DNA of 64,000 nt from a virus (taxonomy: Duplodnaviria > Caudoviricetes): IMG/VR virus record IMGVR_UViG_2873258297_000006, positions 14,029 through 78,028 of that record. The stretch is one strand, 5' to 3'. The position numbers and the translations under genes are program-made. This document shows, piece after piece, positions 9,342 through 18,455 of this stretch. The notes beneath the pieces are model-generated. The model did not search any database and was not told the origin of the DNA. It worked only from the letters and a program-made list of their open reading frames with translations. Position 1 is the stretch's first letter. Every line of letters starts with the position of its first letter.

Positions 9342-9571
9342 GCACCTACCTCCTCGACGTCCCCGAGCTGTACCGCCACCTCGACGTGAGGCGGCGGCAA
9401 CAGGGCCTCACCTGGCGGGACTTGGCCGCACTGGTCGACGTGTCCCCGTCCACGTTCTCCCGCCTCGCCGACGGCCACCGGCCCGACGCCGACGCCCTCG
9501 TCTCCCTGCTCGTCTGGCTCGACCTCGACGACGGGCTCAACTACGTGATTAAACCCAAGGAGCAGCAGTGA
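9338..9571 (+). CDS. XRE-family HTH protein
   Basis: LTWRDLAALVDVSPSTFSRL HTH. Confidence 0.85.
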   Translation: MSTYLLDVPELYRHLDVRRRQQGLTWRDLAALVDVSPSTFSRLADGHRPDADALVSLLVWLDLDDGLNYVIKPKEQQ

Positions 9572-9894
9572 ACATCACTCCACCCATCGGCCGGATCATG
9601 GACACCAGCCGCCAGCCCTGCGGCTACTCACCCGGCGACACCGACGCCAACACCTGCATGCAGCCCGCCACCTGGCACATCGCCTGGGACGCCGACCTCG
9701 AGAACGGCCTGGCCTGCGACGAACACATGATCTACGCCAAGCAGTTCGCCTACGTCGACCGGCATCCCGTCGGCGTCGATTGCGCCATGCCCGGCTCGAC
9801 CTGGGACTTCGAGGAGAAACGCTGCGGCTATCCCGGCAGTAGCGCGCCCGCCGTTGCCCACGCCGCTGCTGGCCAGCCGGGGGAGCAGGGATGA
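9568..9894 (+). CDS. Hypothetical protein (Cys-rich)
   Basis: Overlap chain. Confidence 0.65.
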   Translation: MNITPPIGRIMDTSRQPCGYSPGDTDANTCMQPATWHIAWDADLENGLACDEHMIYAKQFAYVDRHPVGVDCAMPGSTWDFEEKRCGYPGSSAPAVAHAAAGQPGEQG

Positions 9895-10154
9895 CCGACT
9901 TCGACCGCGACCCCGAAGCCCTCGCCTGGGCGCGCGCCAAGATCCAGCGGCACGTGGACTGGCTCGCCAACGCCGAACGCGAGACCGCCGCGAGGGGCAA
10001 CCGCGTAGGCGCCATCCGCTGGCGATTCGCGAAGAACTTCATGGCCCGCAAGCTGATCGGCGGCACCGGCTGCGTGATCGCCGACTTCGACGAACGACTC
10101 CCCGAGACCCTCGACCGGATCGACAAGGCCACGCCCACCAAGGAGACCCCGTGA
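9891..10154 (+). CDS. Hypothetical protein
   Basis: Overlap chain. Confidence 0.65.
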   Translation: MTDFDRDPEALAWARAKIQRHVDWLANAERETAARGNRVGAIRWRFAKNFMARKLIGGTGCVIADFDERLPETLDRIDKATPTKETP

Positions 10155-10996
10155 CCGAGCCGATGGCCGCAGACGACATCTGCGAGCACCACTACGAGAC
10201 CCGCATCCTCGGCGGCCGACCGATCACCGTCCGCGCTTGCATCTTCTGCCGCACCCCCGACTGGGCTGACCTCGGCGAGCAGGCCACCGCGTTGTACCGG
10301 TGGGGCTGGGAGGAAGGGCGCGACGGGAAGGCGGCACGGGAGACGCTCAGCGCCTACGACAAGCCGCGGGAGGAGCCCGAGGCGTCTCGTGCCATCGACG
10401 ACTATGAGGCGACCACCGGCCACGTCATCACGTGCACTGCCGCGTTCGCCGACATCTGCGACTACCCGCAGGACGGCCCCCACGCGCCCCACAGCGGCCC
10501 GGAGCGGCCGGATGTGGGCGCCGAGGCGGCGGACGGCGGGAACGGGGCCCAGGCGGGCGCAGGCGGCCGCGACCCCTACCGCCAACTCCTCGCCCGCCTC
10601 CAGGAAGAGCGCGCCCGCGCTCTCCGCAACGCGCCCCGCTGCACCATCGACGAAGCCCGCTGGGCCAACGAGGGCATCGCCGCGGGTATTCGGATCGCGG
10701 AAGCCTGGGCAGTCACCCTGCATGAGGGCCACGACGCGCGGCTCGCATACCTCGCGGCCGAGGGCGCCGGCTCCTACGCCCACCGCGCCGAGGAAGCTGA
10801 GCAGCACCGCGACCGGCTCGCCGCCACCCTCGCCGAGGTCCTCGACGAATTCCGCATCCCCGAACACCCCGGCGACTCGTGCGTCCGCACCGACGGCATC
10901 CCCTGCACACGGGTTGAACAGTGGCGCAGCGTCCTCAAGCCCGCCCACGACGACGGGCCCACCGTCACCGAGGCCGCCAACCAGACGCCCACCTGA
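10151..10996 (+). CDS. Hypothetical protein
   Basis: RBS AAGGAG, GTG start; host-like codon usage. Confidence 0.65.
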   Translation: MTEPMAADDICEHHYETRILGGRPITVRACIFCRTPDWADLGEQATALYRWGWEEGRDGKAARETLSAYDKPREEPEASRAIDDYEATTGHVITCTAAFADICDYPQDGPHAPHSGPERPDVGAEAADGGNGAQAGAGGRDPYRQLLARLQEERARALRNAPRCTIDEARWANEGIAAGIRIAEAWAVTLHEGHDARLAYLAAEGAGSYAHRAEEAEQHRDRLAATLAEVLDEFRIPEHPGDSCVRTDGIPCTRVEQWRSVLKPAHDDGPTVTEAANQTPT

Positions 10997-11046
10997 ACCA
11001 CCCGATCGGGGCGGCTAGCCGACGGCCGACGGGGCAGGAATGCCGC

Positions 11047-11256
11047 ATGAACGACGCCGACATCAAGGCTTTCTGCGCCGCACACAACATCAAAACCGAG
11101 ATCGTCACCGACCCGTCCGGGGCCAGCCAGCTGGCTGTCAACGAGGACGGAATGCGGCAACTCGCTGACCTCGCACCAGACCCCGTGCGAGCCCACGCAC
11201 TGGTTGATCAGCTGCTTACCGACGCTGCGGCCGACGAGGAGCCCCCGCGGTCTTGA
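11047..11256 (+). CDS. Hypothetical protein
   Basis: RBS GCAGGAA; 69 aa. Confidence 0.5.
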   Translation: MNDADIKAFCAAHNIKTEIVTDPSGASQLAVNEDGMRQLADLAPDPVRAHALVDQLLTDAAADEEPPRS

Positions 11257-11297
11257 CAACGCCCCCAGCAGCTGTCTGGCTGGGGGCGTTGCGCCGC

Positions 11298-11618
11298 CTA
11301 GAACCGACCCGTGCAGGCCAGGCAGATCTGTGCGCGCTGCCAGTCCGCCAGCGCCGCCTGATACCGCTCCACCCCAGCGTGCATCACCGCCCCGTACACC
11401 AGCCCGCCCACCGCGACCAGCAGGCCGAGCAGGATGCCGCCCGACGTCATGAACGCAATCCCGGCCGCCACCGCCAGCAGGGCGACCCAATACCGGGCAT
11501 CGACCTCATCCGGCGGCGCATACCGCAGCCGCAACGGCGACTCCGCGGGCAGCGACTTCCAGTAGTGGGCGAGGTTCTCCACGTTCGTCGACCCGCACTT
11601 CGAACTCGGACACTGCAT
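11298..11618 (-). CDS. Membrane protein with Cys motifs at both ends
   Basis: CPSSKCGS...CLAC; two transmembrane helices. Confidence 0.65.
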   Translation of the reverse strand: MQCPSSKCGSTNVENLAHYWKSLPAESPLRLRYAPPDEVDARYWVALLAVAAGIAFMTSGGILLGLLVAVGGLVYGAVMHAGVERYQAALADWQRAQICLACTGRF

Positions 11619-11924
11619 CCCAACCCCCGATATCCGCCTGGCACTGACCGCAGATTGCGCAGCCGGGCGGCGGGAGGCAAGGAGTACCGGCGAGTCTGTG
11701 AGCGGGGCCACAGGCGGGCAGCAGCAAGGGCCCCAGCAGTCACGATGGAGCGCCCGTTGCAGTCACGGTCGGTAGTCGCTGGCCAGCTTGCACGCCTTCG
11801 TTTGATCGACCTGCGCAGCCTCGCGCGCGAGCAGCGGCGAGCAAGCCAGGAGGCTCGCCCTCTTCGAGGGATGTAGATCTTCTAGCCAGCCATCTTTCAG
11901 TGACCGTCTTTAGAAAGAGGTGGC

Positions 11925-11980
11925 AATTTCAGGACTCCTGTTCTTCCGGCATCCTGAAATTCAGGCCCCCTGAAAATCAG
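11925..11980. repeat. Iteron-like CCTGAAA direct/inverted repeats
   Basis: AATTTCAGGA (11925-34) / TCCTGAAATT (11952-61) inverted pair, near-palindrome CCTGAAATTCAGG and CCTGAAAATCAG, at the 3' end of a rep-like gene. Confidence 0.5.
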
Positions 11981-12326
11981 ACCCCGGGGCAAGCTGCTTG
12001 AGCAGCGACAACAACCCCTCCGGCGTGTCACTCACGGCAGTCGTCGTCCGCCATCGTCCGTCCTTCCGCTCCTTCGTCTGCGCCACCAGTCCAGCGGCCC
12101 GGAGCTCCTTCAGCCCCTCGCGGATGGCGTGCTCACCCTCGCCCTTGCCGCCGGCCGCCTTATGGAGGTAGGCGAGGCGCTCGATGGTCATGCCGCCGCC
12201 GTCCGGGTGGGAGAGCAGCGTCAGGAGCATGCCCTTGGCCTTGAGGCTCAGCGTGTAGTTCTGGGCAACGTCCCTGTTGCTGACGGGAGTCCAGCCGGAC
12301 TTCGGGCGCGAGCGGTGCGTCCTCAA
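11961..12326 (-). CDS. Winged-helix replication-initiator-like protein (short or truncated)
   Basis: WTPVSN...LSLKAKGMLLTLLSHPDG...IREGLKELRAAGLV resembles the N-terminus of actinophage replication initiators. Confidence 0.55.
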   Translation of the reverse strand: MRTHRSRPKSGWTPVSNRDVAQNYTLSLKAKGMLLTLLSHPDGGGMTIERLAYLHKAAGGKGEGEHAIREGLKELRAAGLVAQTKERKDGRWRTTTAVSDTPEGLLSLLKQLAPGSDFQGA

Positions 12327-12449
12327 CGGGCCACCCCCGTCTGGCAGGGGACGGCACGGATCGGTATTGTCATAGGTGTTGCTCGACTTCCTGGACGTGG
12401 TCGGACAGCTGGTTTGGAGGAAGCGGGGGTGGTGCCCCGCTCAAAGCGA

Positions 12450-12491
12450 AAGCGGCCGGACGGAATGAGCCCCGTCCGGCCGCTTCTTTTT
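12450..12491. terminator. Intrinsic terminator, possibly bidirectional
   Basis: 14-bp stem AAGCGGCCGGACGG/CCGTCCGGCCGCTT with T-rich runs on both strands. Confidence 0.75.
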
Positions 12492-12802
12492 GCTGCAATT
12501 CTACGTGGCGCCTGCGCCTCAAGTGGCCTAATCCGCGCCGGGATTGACCATCAATTACTGAGCGGGCTGCCCGCTACCTGGGCACATCTCGCGCTGCCCG
12601 ACCTGCTGATGCGGTGCCGTAGGCTCACCCGGCTTCGCACTCCCATACGCCCCGCACACGGGACAACACGCCCCGCATTGGCCAGGATCGAAACGCTGAC
12701 CGTTCGCGTGATCACACAATGCAGTACTCCCTTACTCGACGGGATGGTGCTGTTGCGTGGTGCATTCCGCCGCGTACCAGCCATGCGAGCCGCGGGGAAT
12801 TC

Positions 12803-13192
12803 TCAGACCAGGCGAACGAAAGCCCGCTCACCGTTGTGAAAGAACACGGTCAGCCCGGGATCGTTCTTGCCCTCGCGAACCGACCACACCTCGATGCTCT
12901 CCGTGTCCACCGGCTCAGCCGCACCGATCACCCCAGCCAGCCACGCATCCGGCGCGCCACCAACAGGCGCCTCAACGAACGCAGGCGGGCCGCCCTGCAC
13001 AGCTGCGGTCGGCGAGTCGTGCTTGGCGCCCTCGGCGAGCTGCCCGATCACCTGCCAGTGCAACTCGCGGCCGCCCACCGACACGGCCAGAGCGAACGGA
13101 TACGGGCCGTCTTCCAGCACCTCCACACGCTGCACGCCAGGGGTGTTCTTGAGGACGTCGACCAGGAAATCTCGATATTCCAAAGGACGCAT
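12803..13192 (-). CDS. Hypothetical protein
   Basis: RBS AAAGGAA; natural-looking 129-aa sequence. Confidence 0.7.
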   Translation of the reverse strand: MRPLEYRDFLVDVLKNTPGVQRVEVLEDGPYPFALAVSVGGRELHWQVIGQLAEGAKHDSPTAAVQGGPPAFVEAPVGGAPDAWLAGVIGAAEPVDTESIEVWSVREGKNDPGLTVFFHNGERAFVRLV

Positions 13193-13257
13193 ATGTGATC
13201 AATTCCTTTCGTGGCGGGGCTCGGCCAGCCTAGTAGCCGGCCGAGCCCCAAACAGGG

Positions 13258-13731
13258 TTAGGACCGCATCCGTCCCATGTACTCGGAACGGACCGCGACC
13301 AGACGCGCGTGCGTCTCCCGCATCTGCTCCAGCCGGTCAGACAGCGTGCGGATCACGGTGGCCAAACCGTCCGGGTCCAGGCCGTCGATGAACATGTCGT
13401 CGACGAGCTCGATGACGGCGAAGGGGATGCGTTCGGCGATCTTCGGGGACCATGGCTCGACCTTGACCACCGTGTCGAGAACCTTGAACTCCTCCGGCGT
13501 GCCGTGCTCATTCACCGGCAGCGTCAACGGATCCGACCAGAACCAACACCACACATCCTCAGGGAACACCGTGGCGCCGACCTCGCGGTCGTGGTTCATC
13601 GTGCAGCCCTCCATGCACGAGTACGTCACGGGCCGGCCGGTGTGGCGGTCGACGAACGACCACGTGCGAGGAGCCGGCGCAGACGGGGCAGGCACGGAGG
13701 CGACGGCAGACTCAGGGGTTGCTAAAGTCAT
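13258..13731 (-). CDS. Hypothetical protein (DUF6907-like)
   Basis: RBS GAAGGAAGG; C..GC...H N-terminal motif and LDPDGLATVI...L pattern seen in Streptomyces mobile elements. Confidence 0.6.
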   Translation of the reverse strand: MTLATPESAVASVPAPSAPAPRTWSFVDRHTGRPVTYSCMEGCTMNHDREVGATVFPEDVWCWFWSDPLTLPVNEHGTPEEFKVLDTVVKVEPWSPKIAERIPFAVIELVDDMFIDGLDPDGLATVIRTLSDRLEQMRETHARLVAVRSEYMGRMRS

Positions 13732-13830
13732 CGGAGACCTTCCTTCTGGAAGCGGGATAGGTTGTGACAGCGGAGTGGCATCCGCTGGATGAACTGGCCG
13801 GGCGGGTGCAACCGCTCGGCCGTTCGCGTG

Positions 13831-14457
13831 TTACGGGGTGGCGAGCAGCTTCGCGAGCGTCGCCAGATCCTCTTCGCTCATCGACTCGCGGAGTAGGCGT
13901 GCCGCCTCGCCTGGCTGGCCGACCGGAACTCGGACGGTGCGGTCGCCTGCTGCGCGGACGAACACCCCTTCACCTTTGCGGCCTTCGATCAGACCTTCGT
14001 CCTTGAGGATGCGAAGGGCGCGCTGTGCGGTGGTGACGGTGACGCCGAAGAACTGGTGCAGTTCGGCGAAGGAGGGGAGTCGGTCGCCAGCTGTGAGTTC
14101 GCTGCGCTCGATGGCCCCGCGTAGCTCGTCGGCGACTTGGGCGTATCGGGCGGTGCGGTCGCGCTTGTCGACCTTCTGGAGCGCGCCGGCGGTGAGGGCG
14201 AGCGGGGAGGGAACGCCTGCGACGTTGTGCTTCGGGGCCTCGGTCTGGATGGCCGCGAGTTCGGCCTTGAGGGCGTCATCCCGGCTCGGCAGCCAGTCGA
14301 CGGTCTTGCGGGCCACGAGGGGCCACCAAGTGCGGGCCGCCGTGTAAGCGTGCATTGACCAGCGCGTCTCGGGGTCTCGGGTGATGCCGACATAGAGCAG
14401 GCCGTCGCTCTCGTCGAACATCCGGTAGAGCGCGGTGCGCTCCGGGGTTTCGGGCAT
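13831..14457 (-). CDS. GIY-YIG nuclease domain fused to GntR-type winged HTH
   Basis: ALYRMFDESDGLLYVGIT..PETRW..H...KAE...I....PKHN (GIY-YIG), then YAQVADELR..I....L..GDRLPS...FGV...TAQRAL..L..EGLI (GntR). Confidence 0.8.
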   Translation of the reverse strand: MPETPERTALYRMFDESDGLLYVGITRDPETRWSMHAYTAARTWWPLVARKTVDWLPSRDDALKAELAAIQTEAPKHNVAGVPSPLALTAGALQKVDKRDRTARYAQVADELRGAIERSELTAGDRLPSFAELHQFFGVTVTTAQRALRILKDEGLIEGRKGEGVFVRAAGDRTVRVPVGQPGEAARLLRESMSEEDLATLAKLLATP

Positions 14458-14533
14458 GGGATCCCTTCGAGGCAGACATATTTCTAGCCAGAATGTGCGC
14501 ACTGTCACAGCTCGACTACGCAGAACCGTAGCG

Positions 14534-14545
14534 CTATAGAGCAAT
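14534..14545 (-). promoter_or_regulatory. Putative repressor operator (ATTGCTCTATAG)
   Basis: Reverse-complement copy of the motif at 15467 and 15487; lies between the two divergent GntR genes. Confidence 0.5.
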
Positions 14546-14649
14546 TCTATCCACCCCCTGTGCGCGAACGCCTACGGAAGGGTCATTGACCAGCAGATAC
14601 GTGTAGCGGGTAGCGTTGCTGTATATGAATCCGTCCCGAAGGAGAACGC

Positions 14650-15405
14650 GTGCCACGCCAGTCCGGCGAACCGCCTAAGTACCAGGAGATCGCCGACAAG
14701 CTGCGCGGGCAGATCGGCGACGGAACCTACCCGCCCGGCAGCATGCTGCCCCCCGAGCGGAAGATCGCCGAGATCGAAGGGGTGGCAGTCGGCACCGCCC
14801 GCCGCGCTCTGGCAGTCCTGCGCGACGAGGGCTACACCGAAGCCCGGGTCGGTGCCGGTGTGTACGTGCGCACCTGGCGGCCGATCGTCCGCAACGCCCT
14901 GAAGCGGCTGCGCACTTCACAGTGGGGTGAAGGGCGGTCCATCTGGGACGTTGACATCGACGATCGCGACCTTGAGGCCGTAGACGTCCAGATCGAGCAC
15001 ATCCCGGCCCCGGCCGACGTGGCGCACCTGCTCGACGTCGAAGAAGGTCGGCTCGTCTATCGGCGCAATCGCAAGTACCTCGTGGACGGCGTTGCGGTGA
15101 TGCGGTCGACGTCGTACATCCCGGAGGATCTCGCGCGTGGCACGCGGATCACGCAGGTCGACTCAGGGCCGGGCGGAACGTATGCGCGGCTCCGTGAGGC
15201 GGGTCATGGGCCGGTGAAGTTCCGCGAGGAGCTGCGCTGTCGCATGCCGTCCGCTGCTGAGGCGGAGGATCTGGCGCTCGCGGCGGCGACTCCGGTGGTG
15301 GAGATGTGTCGCTCCGCGCAGCGTGCCGACGGGCGCGTCGTTGAGGTCAATCGAATGATTCTGGACGCCTCGCGCTACCTGCTGGTCTACGACTTCCCCG
15401 CCTGA
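14650..15405 (+). CDS. GntR/UTRA (HutC-type) repressor, KorSA-like
   Basis: N-terminal GntR HTH (YQEIADKLR..I..G.Y.PG..LP.E) and C-terminal UTRA domain; sits upstream of a xis/spd/tra module. Confidence 0.85.
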   Translation: MPRQSGEPPKYQEIADKLRGQIGDGTYPPGSMLPPERKIAEIEGVAVGTARRALAVLRDEGYTEARVGAGVYVRTWRPIVRNALKRLRTSQWGEGRSIWDVDIDDRDLEAVDVQIEHIPAPADVAHLLDVEEGRLVYRRNRKYLVDGVAVMRSTSYIPEDLARGTRITQVDSGPGGTYARLREAGHGPVKFREELRCRMPSAAEAEDLALAAATPVVEMCRSAQRADGRVVEVNRMILDASRYLLVYDFPA

Positions 15406-15416
15406 CCTGCGAGTTG

Positions 15417-15448
15417 AGCCCCTGCCCTTGACGGGTGGGGGCTTTTTG
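15417..15448 (+). terminator. Intrinsic terminator
   Basis: GC stem-loop followed by TTTTT just after the stop at 15405. Confidence 0.7.
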
Positions 15449-15466
15449 CATGCCTTGATTTCGCTC

Positions 15467-15499
15467 ATTGCTCTATAGCTCTATTGATTGCTCTGTAGC
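15467..15499 (+). promoter_or_regulatory. Tandem putative operators ATTGCTCTRTAGC upstream of the xis-tra operon
   Basis: ATTGCTCTATAGC at 15467 and ATTGCTCTGTAGC at 15487, 20 bp apart. Confidence 0.55.
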
Positions 15500-15550
15500 G
15501 GTGTGCTTCCATGGAGTCGTCCACCCCAGTCGACCGCAGGGGAGCACCTA

Positions 15551-15793
15551 GTGACGCCTGTCTCCGTCGCCCCCACGGGCGGCTTCCTCACCACTGGAGA
15601 GGTCGCCATCCGCATAGGCGGCACTCCGCAGCACGTGCGTGAACTGATCAAGTCCGGCCGCATCGAGGCGATCGACATCGCCAAGGGAGACGGCCGGCCC
15701 CGCTTCCGGGTCTCCGAGACGGCGCTCGCCGCCTTCCTCGACAGCGCGGCCGTCCGCACCACCCACGTCCAGTCCACCTCGGAGGTGGCGTGA
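15551..15793 (+). CDS. Excisionase-like (MerR/HTH_17) DNA-binding protein
   Basis: FLTTGEVAIRIGGTPQHVRELIKSGRIEA...FRV. Confidence 0.8.
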   Translation: MTPVSVAPTGGFLTTGEVAIRIGGTPQHVRELIKSGRIEAIDIAKGDGRPRFRVSETALAAFLDSAAVRTTHVQSTSEVA

Positions 15794-15794
15794 G

Positions 15795-16478
15795 ATGAGT
15801 ACCGCAACCCCGACTCCCCGCCCCGCTGCCCTGCTGATGTCGTTCTCCACCTCGGCCGGTGCCGTGGTTGAGGTGTCCGCGGTGGACCGCAGCAGCGCCC
15901 CGTACCGCTGGACCTGTTCGGCGGGGCATGACGGTGGCCGCGCTTACGCGTCGCTTCCGTTCTGCCGTGATGACGCGAAGGCTCACGCCGGCGAGTGCCT
16001 GGGTGTCGCGCCGGACCCGGCGGTGGTTGAGAAGGTTCGTGTCGCGCTCGGCTACCGGGCCGGCTGGAAGCCCAACCGGCACCTCGGCGAGATCGCCACG
16101 CGCCTGACGGTGTGGTCGCAGGTCGAGCTGAACGAGATCTTCGAGCGGGTCGGTGGCACGGTCACCACCCGCGAGGTCGAGCGCAGCACCTCGGACGGCA
16201 GCTCCACCTGGATGGCCACCGAGATCACCCTGACCGTTGTCGTTCCGGGCGTCGGGCCCGTCGAGGTCGTCACCGACATCGAGGACGATCCGGAGCACGG
16301 CTACCGCACCGACGTTCCCGTCGTGGCCGTGGCCCGCTATCGCGCCGCTGCCGCCCACTGCCGGGCGCTCGCCGCGGATGGCGACTTCGATGGCTGCCTG
16401 CCCGTGCAGGACGAGATGGCGATGTGCCGCTGCCAGCTGGAGCGCGCTGGCCGCCTCGACCTGATTGGGGCGGCGTGA
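15795..16478 (+). CDS. Hypothetical protein
   Basis: RBS GGAGG; coupled ORF. Confidence 0.65.
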   Translation: MSTATPTPRPAALLMSFSTSAGAVVEVSAVDRSSAPYRWTCSAGHDGGRAYASLPFCRDDAKAHAGECLGVAPDPAVVEKVRVALGYRAGWKPNRHLGEIATRLTVWSQVELNEIFERVGGTVTTREVERSTSDGSSTWMATEITLTVVVPGVGPVEVVTDIEDDPEHGYRTDVPVVAVARYRAAAAHCRALAADGDFDGCLPVQDEMAMCRCQLERAGRLDLIGAA

Positions 16479-16774
16479 TGGCCCGCAGGTTCAAGGACAT
16501 GCAGACGCCGGAGCAGCAGTACGCGGCCGGGCAGGTGCCGACGCGGGCGCATGCGTTGCGGCAGGAGGCGCAGGCTGCGCTGGATGAGGCGGGCCGTCTG
16601 ACTGCCCCTCGTCGCAGGGAGGGCCAGCGCGGGAGGGTCCTGCCCGAGTTCGGCCCGCACAGTGACCGTGACGGGGCTCGGGTCGATCAGCTTCGAGCGA
16701 AGGCGCGGGATCTGCGGGCTGCCGCGGACGCGGCCGAGGCGCCTGCGCCGAAGCCGAAGCGGCGGTGGTTTTGA
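16478..16774 (+). CDS. Hypothetical protein
   Basis: TGATG coupling. Confidence 0.6.
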   Translation: MARRFKDMQTPEQQYAAGQVPTRAHALRQEAQAALDEAGRLTAPRRREGQRGRVLPEFGPHSDRDGARVDQLRAKARDLRAAADAAEAPAPKPKRRWF

Positions 16775-16932
16775 TGGCCGAGATCCTCGACCGTTTCCCG
16801 GCGAGCAATCCGCGTGGCAGCTGGCCGGCGGAGGAGTCTGCGGCCCGGCTGTCTGAGCAGGGAACTCCGTCGACCGTCGTCATGGACCTCGACTCCGACC
16901 AGTTCCTCGTCGTCCGCGAGGGCGACTCCTAG
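16774..16932 (+). CDS. Small hypothetical protein
   Basis: TGATG coupling; 52 aa. Confidence 0.55.
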   Translation: MAEILDRFPASNPRGSWPAEESAARLSEQGTPSTVVMDLDSDQFLVVREGDS

Positions 16933-17039
16933 GCCGCTGCGGGCGGCGGGGATGACGTCCCCCACGGCCTCCGCCGCCCGCGGCTCCCAGTTCCCCGCAC
17001 CACCCCACTGTTCCTGTGTCCCGGAAGGGCCGATGAATC

Positions 17040-17282
17040 ATGTCTCCGCTTGTTCTGTCCGATGCCGACCTGGCCGCCTCCGAGCTGGGCCGTAAGCGGC
17101 GCGCCGGTGTGACTGTCGCCGACGTCAAGGCTGATGCGGTCGCTGACTTGTTCGCTGACTTCGCGACCGCTCGCGCTGATGGGCGTTCGGATCTTATGCA
17201 GCTGATCCGTGATCACGCCTACGCCATCGACCCCGCCCTGGTGGACGAGCTCGACGGCTTCGACTACCCGGCCGCCGCCTGA
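17040..17282 (+). CDS. Hypothetical protein
   Basis: Natural-looking 80-aa ORF. Confidence 0.55.
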   Translation: MSPLVLSDADLAASELGRKRRAGVTVADVKADAVADLFADFATARADGRSDLMQLIRDHAYAIDPALVDELDGFDYPAAA

Positions 17283-17421
17283 CCGCCTGGTCCGCCGTGG
17301 CGCGGTACATCCCCCGGCCGCGCCACGGCCACAGCCCCGGCATCCAGCCGTGAGGGCGCCGGATCGAATCCGGCCCGGGGCGCGCATTACCCGCCGATCA
17401 CCCAACCGAGAGGACCAGATC

Positions 17422-17640
17422 ATGAGCGAGGCCACCACGACCGCGCCCGTCACCTACCACTGGATTGCCACCGTGCAGACCGAGCGTGGGCGGATCGAGA
17501 CCAACGACGGTCCGGTCGACGCGATCCCGGGTGTCCACACGCACACCTCTACGTACCGGGCCGTCCTCGCCAACCTCACGGAGAAGTACGGGCCGGACTT
17601 CGGCCTCCTGTTTTTCGCCCTTGAGGCCGACCAGCTCTGA
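17422..17640 (+). CDS. Hypothetical protein
   Basis: RBS GAGAGGA. Confidence 0.65.
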   Translation: MSEATTTAPVTYHWIATVQTERGRIETNDGPVDAIPGVHTHTSTYRAVLANLTEKYGPDFGLLFFALEADQL

Positions 17641-17751
17641 ACCTTTACAGCCGACCTGCAGCGCCGCCGCTGACCGGCTGCCCGATCCGCCCGTCTCGCA
17701 CGGGCCCGGACGGGGAACCAGCGACTTCCAACCCAACCCGAGGAGAACCGC

Positions 17752-17916
17752 ATGTTCGGCAAGAACGAGACCGGCAAGCCCTGCCAGGCGTGCGGCAACG
17801 AGACCACGAAGGACGACCCGGCGGTGCGCCTGAAGGACAGCGGTACGCGCGTCCACAAGAGCCACACCACGAACCCGAAGTCCTGCCTGTTTGGCGAGCA
17901 GACCAAGCGCAGCTGA
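17752..17916 (+). CDS. Small Cys/His protein
   Basis: RBS GAGGAG; CQAC...VH. Confidence 0.6.
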   Translation: MFGKNETGKPCQACGNETTKDDPAVRLKDSGTRVHKSHTTNPKSCLFGEQTKRS

Positions 17917-18004
17917 CCGGCTGTCCGCGGTGCCTCGGCCAGCCGAGGCGCCAAGGAGAACTGGCGCAGCACCACCCCATCCCATCGTTCGAAGAGAGGC
18001 TGTC

Positions 18005-18214
18005 ATGCGTCGTCACCCCATCCTCTGGTCGCTGCTCGCGGCCTATCTGCTGGTCGTGGGTCTGTGGCCTGCGGCTGCGATCCCGGTCGAGCTGGCTGCG
18101 ACGGGCGCGTTCACCGTGCTGGCGAAGCCGGCCGTGCTGCTGCTCGTCGCGGTCGTCGCCCTGATCGTGTCGGCCCTCCGTCGTCCGGCCCACGTGCACG
18201 CCGGGAGGCACTGA
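18005..18214 (+). CDS. Spd-like small membrane protein
   Basis: RBS GAGAGG; two hydrophobic helices; lies in the tra operon. Confidence 0.6.
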   Translation: MRRHPILWSLLAAYLLVVGLWPAAAIPVELAATGAFTVLAKPAVLLLVAVVALIVSALRRPAHVHAGRH

Positions 18215-18405
18215 TGCCGGTCACGTTCCGCAAGAGCTTCCGGATCCTGCCCGGCGTCCGGTTGAACATCAACCGGCGCTCCTGGTCGATCACGTTGGGC
18301 GGAGGCAAGGGCCCCCGCTATACGCGGAGTTCGACGGGCCAGGACACCGTCTCGCAGAACTTGCCGGGCGGGTTCGGCTACCGCTCCACCCACCGCCGTC
18401 GCTGA
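18214..18405 (+). CDS. DUF4236-like protein
   Basis: FRKSFRILPGVRLNINRRS...LPGG..YR. Confidence 0.75.
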   Translation: MPVTFRKSFRILPGVRLNINRRSWSITLGGGKGPRYTRSSTGQDTVSQNLPGGFGYRSTHRRR

Positions 18406-18455
18406 CCGCCACCCACCCCACTACGCCCACGGAATCCTGAAGGGACTGATCCACC

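Noticed and set aside
12330-12800. Coding genes or a structured ncRNA in the low-GC intergenic stretch
   Set aside because: The ORFs lack codon bias and RBS; only terminator-like hairpins are supportable
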